A DNA stretch of 64,000 nucleotides. It comes from Candidatus Bathyarchaeia archaeon. GTDB taxonomy: Archaea > Thermoproteota > Bathyarchaeia > Bathyarchaeales > Bathycorpusculaceae. Under the pieces are notes generated by a model. That model did not search any database. It worked only from the letters and a program-made list of their open reading frames with translations, and was not told where the DNA came from. The stretch lies in assembly GCA_038883855.1 (NCBI GenBank), contig JAVZLH010000002.1, forward strand, positions 32,001 to 96,000, written 5' to 3'. Positions within the stretch are counted from its first letter, which is position 1. The number at the start of each line of letters is the position of its first letter. Position numbers and translations under genes: made by a program. Below are positions 60,199-64,000 of the stretch, piece after piece.

Positions 60199-60822
60199 AT
60201 GCTGTCCCAAGACATCAGTAATTGGTTGCTGAACTTCGCTAATCAATTTGGATATTTAGGAATCTTTTTAATCAGCCTATTAGGCTCGCTTTCAATATTC
60301 TTCCCAATCCCTTACACGGTCGTAATCTTCTCGCTTGGAAAAACGTTAGACCCTGTTTTAATAGCTGTTGCTGCTGGATTAGGCTCTGCTGTTGGCGAGT
60401 TTTCGGGTTATCTTCTAGGATGGAGCGGAAGAAAAGTCATAAGCGAGAGATATAGGCGGAAAATGGGTTTTCTCGTTAAAGTTTTCGAAAAATATGGTCC
60501 AATAGCAATTTTTCTTTTCGCTTTAACTCCTTTGCCTGACGACTTGTTGTTTATTCCTCTTGGTGTTATGAAATATAAAATTGTTAAAGCGTTTATTCCA
60601 TCGCTAATGGGAAAGTTCGTAATGAGCTTAATCGTGGCGTACAGCGGGCGTTATACAATACAAATTATTGAAGATATTTTTGGAGTTGAAAGCAGCTTTG
60701 TATCCGCTTTAATGGGCACGGTTGTTGCAGTAATTCTGCTCGTCATAATTTTTATAGTCATGTTTAAAGTAGACTGGGAAAAATATTTTGAAAAATACGT
60801 GACAAAAGAGGCAAAAACCTAG
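60199..60822 (+). CDS. DedA/VTT (SNARE-associated) membrane protein
   Basis: FGYLGIF, FFPIPY, GSAVGE..GY..G, LTPLPDD. Confidence 0.88.
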   Translation: MLSQDISNWLLNFANQFGYLGIFLISLLGSLSIFFPIPYTVVIFSLGKTLDPVLIAVAAGLGSAVGEFSGYLLGWSGRKVISERYRRKMGFLVKVFEKYGPIAIFLFALTPLPDDLLFIPLGVMKYKIVKAFIPSLMGKFVMSLIVAYSGRYTIQIIEDIFGVESSFVSALMGTVVAVILLVIIFIVMFKVDWEKYFEKYVTKEAKT

Positions 60823-60827
60823 AAAGC

Positions 60828-62240
60828 CTAATCAAGTCTGTAAGTGCTCAGTTGTCTGCTGTATTTTGATATTATCGCGGCAAGTTTCGCTGCTCTTTCA
60901 AGCGACGAATAAGTTGGCACTCTAGAATGTTCCATTTCAGATTTAAATTTCCTAAAATCCTCAAATGTTGAAGAGTACACGGCTATTACAGGTTTTTCAA
61001 TTCTCCCAAATAAGCCGCTTATTGCTTCCGACGGTATAGTCCACGTCGGAGGCGCGGCGGTATGTACAAAAAGAATTAACCCAACAGATTCATCCCTAGC
61101 TACAGCTTCCAAAACGCTTTCCATGACGTCTAGGTTAAGACCGCTGAAAGCTATGTCTATCGGATTGTCCCGCATGGTTATTGGCGGCAGAAGTTTATGC
61201 AAAATCTTAAACGTTTCAGGTTTAAACTTTGCCATCACTCCACCAGTTTCCTCTATGATGTCTGACGCCATAAAACCAAGCCCAGCTTGTATCGCAATTA
61301 TGGCAACTCCTCCGCTTTCTACCTTACGAAACAGTGTTAAGGCTTTAGCCAAATCTAACAACTCAACCGGGCTATCGACAACCACCGCTCCAGCCTGTTT
61401 CATGGCGCATCTATAAAGCTGATAGTTTCCGGAGAGGCTTCCAGTGTGACTTTTAGATGCTTTATCAGCGATTGCTGATTTGCCAGCCTTCAATGCAATT
61501 ACAGGTTTGATCTTTGCGGCCTCTGAAATGGCGTAGTACAATTCGCGAGCAGCTTCAACTCCCTCAACGTATAGCACTATTACCCGAGTATGCACGTCAT
61601 CTTTGAGAAAACTTAACACTTCTGGGAAGTCAACATCGCATCTGTTTCCAACATGTATTATGTAGCTGAAGCCTAAATCGTCAATGTAATTGTGCATCAA
61701 GTAGTGGCATATTCCACCGCTTTGAGAGACAACAGCCACGGGACCTTTCTTAAGACTGCTAAACATCGGCGTGAAACTTGCATTTACGTTCGAAACGACA
61801 TTGACGAAACCAAAAATGTTTGGACCAAAAATCCTCACACCAGTCTCATTGCAAATCTTCGTCAACTCGCCTTGTAATAGGGAGCCCTCTTGATCGTCAG
61901 CCTCTTTAAATCCAGAGGAAATTATAACTATCCCCTTGGCACCCTTGCCGACGGATTCTTTAACTGCTGAAACAACCTTATCTCTTGGTACTGCTATTAT
62001 GGTCAAATCCACATTGGAAGGTATTGCCGATAGAGAAGGGTAAACCTTTAAGCCTTCAACCTCCTGTATTTTCGGATTAATTGGATAAACTTTCAAGTCT
62101 GGGTTGCTGGTTAAGCTTTTCAGCACGGAATTGCCAATCTTAGCGGGCTTGTTTGAAGCCCCGACCACAGCCACACTCTTTGGATTTAACGCCTCTTGGA
62201 TAGTGTAACGTCTATTTGCAGTATACATGCCCATCCGCAT
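60828..62240 (-). CDS. ADP-forming acyl-CoA synthetase alpha subunit
   Basis: PKSVAVVGAS, GFKE, GPN..G, SQSGG, GNRCDV, phospho-His SHTGSL, DNPID. Confidence 0.9.
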   Translation of the reverse strand: MRMGMYTANRRYTIQEALNPKSVAVVGASNKPAKIGNSVLKSLTSNPDLKVYPINPKIQEVEGLKVYPSLSAIPSNVDLTIIAVPRDKVVSAVKESVGKGAKGIVIISSGFKEADDQEGSLLQGELTKICNETGVRIFGPNIFGFVNVVSNVNASFTPMFSSLKKGPVAVVSQSGGICHYLMHNYIDDLGFSYIIHVGNRCDVDFPEVLSFLKDDVHTRVIVLYVEGVEAARELYYAISEAAKIKPVIALKAGKSAIADKASKSHTGSLSGNYQLYRCAMKQAGAVVVDSPVELLDLAKALTLFRKVESGGVAIIAIQAGLGFMASDIIEETGGVMAKFKPETFKILHKLLPPITMRDNPIDIAFSGLNLDVMESVLEAVARDESVGLILFVHTAAPPTWTIPSEAISGLFGRIEKPVIAVYSSTFEDFRKFKSEMEHSRVPTYSSLERAAKLAAIISKYSRQLSTYRLD

Positions 62241-62398
62241 TACCTTCAGATATTCGTTCTTAAACTGTAATCCAAATTAGATTTACGATTTTAAACAGCA
62301 TAAACCGATGTTGAAATAGCGAAGTTTCAAAAACCTTATGCATGCTTTAATGTTATATGTAGAAACAAAATAGCGCTTCAGAAGCTCAAGGTAAAATT

Positions 62399-63685
62399 AT
62401 GAGAGTTATAGCCGACCTCCACATACATGGTGCGTATAGCCGCGCGACAAGCGAGAAGATGCATGTTGAAGAGATAGCTCGTTTTGCAAGAATTAAAGGC
62501 TTAAATTTAGTGGGCACTGGAGATTTCACGCATCCAAAGTGGGTTGAAGAGCTGAAAGAGGCTCTTGAACAAGAGTCTGACACGAGCTTATATAAAATTG
62601 CAAAAACCCCTCAAACGCCATTATATTTTATGATGACAACCGAGGTATGCACAATATTCAATTTTGGAAGCGAAGTAAAAAAGATTCACCATGTCATCCT
62701 AACTCCCAGCATCGAAACAGCCGTCCAAATAAACGAGAGGCTTTCAAAATATGGAGACCTAGCCTTAGATGGAAGACCAACATTAAACATGACTGCGCCA
62801 GAGCTAGTTGAGGAAGTGATGGAAGTTTCTAAAGAAAACATGGTTTTCCCAGCTCACGCTTGGACACCGTGGTTCAGCATCTTTGGAGCCTTCAGTGGCT
62901 TCGACTCCGTGGAGGAATGCTACCAAGACATGACAAAACACATTCATGCTTTGGAAACTGGGCTTTCTTCAGACCCGCCCATGAACTGGCGCCTAAGCAA
63001 ACTTGACAAGTTTACGCTTGTATCCAACAGCGATAGTCATAGCTTTTGGCCGTGGCGTATTGGAAGAGAAGCCAATGTCTTTGAACTTGAAAAGTTGACT
63101 TATCGCGAGGTTGTGAACGTCGTACGCTGCAAGGATAAGGGACGTTTTAAGTTTACAATAGAAACAGACCCAGCCTACGGGAAATACCATTGGACTGGAC
63201 ATAGGAACTGCAACGTTTCCCTTTCTCCCCAAGAGGCGATAAAACTTGGAAACATATGCCCGGTCTGCCGCAGAAAACTAACAAAAGGCGTGGAACAACG
63301 TGTTGAGGAACTCGCCGACCGCCCAGTTGATTTCAAACCAGAAAACGCTATAGGGTTTATACATTTGCTTCCGCTTTCGGAAATTATCATGACTGTTCTA
63401 AAAGTGGATTCTCCGTCAACCCAAACAGTATGGAAAATCTACAACGCATTGATTGAAAAATTTGGAGACGAGTATAGCGTCTTAGTTGACGCTTCTATGG
63501 ACGAGTTAGGCAGGGTTGTTGACAAAAAAATTGCGGAAGCCATTGTAAGGGTTAGAGAAGGGAAAGTTAAGGTTACACCAGGATACGATGGGGTTTATGG
63601 AAAACTTGTTCTATTTGAAGAGGAATCTTTGAAGAGAACAGTTTCTGGAAGAGTTCAACAAAAAAACCTTGCGGACTTTTTTTAG
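62399..63685 (+). CDS. Endonuclease Q family (PHP domain plus Zn finger)
   Basis: DLHIH..YSRATS, TGDFTHP, PAHAWTPW, ETGLSSD, SNSDSHS, YGKYH..GHR.C..CPVC, PGYDG.YG. Confidence 0.92.
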   Translation: MRVIADLHIHGAYSRATSEKMHVEEIARFARIKGLNLVGTGDFTHPKWVEELKEALEQESDTSLYKIAKTPQTPLYFMMTTEVCTIFNFGSEVKKIHHVILTPSIETAVQINERLSKYGDLALDGRPTLNMTAPELVEEVMEVSKENMVFPAHAWTPWFSIFGAFSGFDSVEECYQDMTKHIHALETGLSSDPPMNWRLSKLDKFTLVSNSDSHSFWPWRIGREANVFELEKLTYREVVNVVRCKDKGRFKFTIETDPAYGKYHWTGHRNCNVSLSPQEAIKLGNICPVCRRKLTKGVEQRVEELADRPVDFKPENAIGFIHLLPLSEIIMTVLKVDSPSTQTVWKIYNALIEKFGDEYSVLVDASMDELGRVVDKKIAEAIVRVREGKVKVTPGYDGVYGKLVLFEEESLKRTVSGRVQQKNLADFF

Positions 63686-63782
63686 AAGGGGTTTTTCCGT
63701 GAAAGATACGTATTTGTGTTAAACAATTATACGGCAAAGTATATTAAGTCGCAATATGCTAGATGCACTTGAGGTGAACGTA

Positions 63783-64000
63783 ATGGCGACTATAATTCAA
63801 CAGAAAAGCGGCGAAGCCAAAATCTCCAAAATAATAGACCGCGTCTTAAGACAAATTTTCGGAGAAGAAGCCACGCGCTTAATTTACAAATATTTAGAAA
63901 GCAAGTATTCTTTGAGGCAAGACGAAATATCCGAAAGAATAGACTTGTTTGCAAAGGGATTAGAAGAGTTCCTTAGCACGGGAGCGCAAGTGATTGAAAA
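63783..64000 (+). CDS. DUF3227-like small protein, truncated by window end
   Basis: GAGGTGA SD; IDRVLRQIFGEEATRLIYKYLE..F..GLEEFL..GA.VIE. Confidence 0.7.
   Translation, partial: MATIIQQKSGEAKISKIIDRVLRQIFGEEATRLIYKYLESKYSLRQDEISERIDLFAKGLEEFLSTGAQVIE

Overview
Archaeal chromosome window, most consistent with Candidatus Bathyarchaeia. This is an inference from the TFE-Trm56-HflX-MBF1-PUA-NAC gene order, archaeal ThrRS/ProRS/EndA, a DUF3227-like ORF and a Zn-ribbon integrase remnant. The housekeeping blocks are 0.6-8.5 kb (mtnA, endA, hisS, Nip7/Nop2-like, a divergent EF-2, intron-containing tRNA-Gly) and 36.4-64 kb (information processing plus peptide-fermentation enzymes: IlvE, AlaDH, two tungsten AORs, ACD). 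Between them are a decaying accessory patch (8.5-14 kb), cdc48, an integrase remnant at tRNA-Val, a 14-kb nitrogen-assimilation cluster (NrpR, two different glutamate-synthase-like operons, GlnA with two stand-alone RAM proteins, Lrp), a secreted trypsin-like protease and a SerB-SerA fusion. The best leads are: (1) an unannotated 17-aa micropeptide ending in RGPP, with a perfect Shine-Dalgarno, divergently paired with an uncharacterised HTH protein across an inverted-repeat promoter; (2) an operon with an NrpR-type box joining an amidotransferase-less FMN GltB-like enzyme, a Cys-repeat protein and an NfnAB/SudAB pair whose NAD(P)H-binding motifs are both eroded; (3) two conserved genes (gltB2, hflX) with no ATG/GTG/TTG ahead of their conserved N-terminal region, where ATGA overlaps appear as ATCA/ACGA; (4) an EF-2 with an altered switch-I motif beside ribosome-biogenesis genes. 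All family assignments are from motif recognition only; no searches were run.
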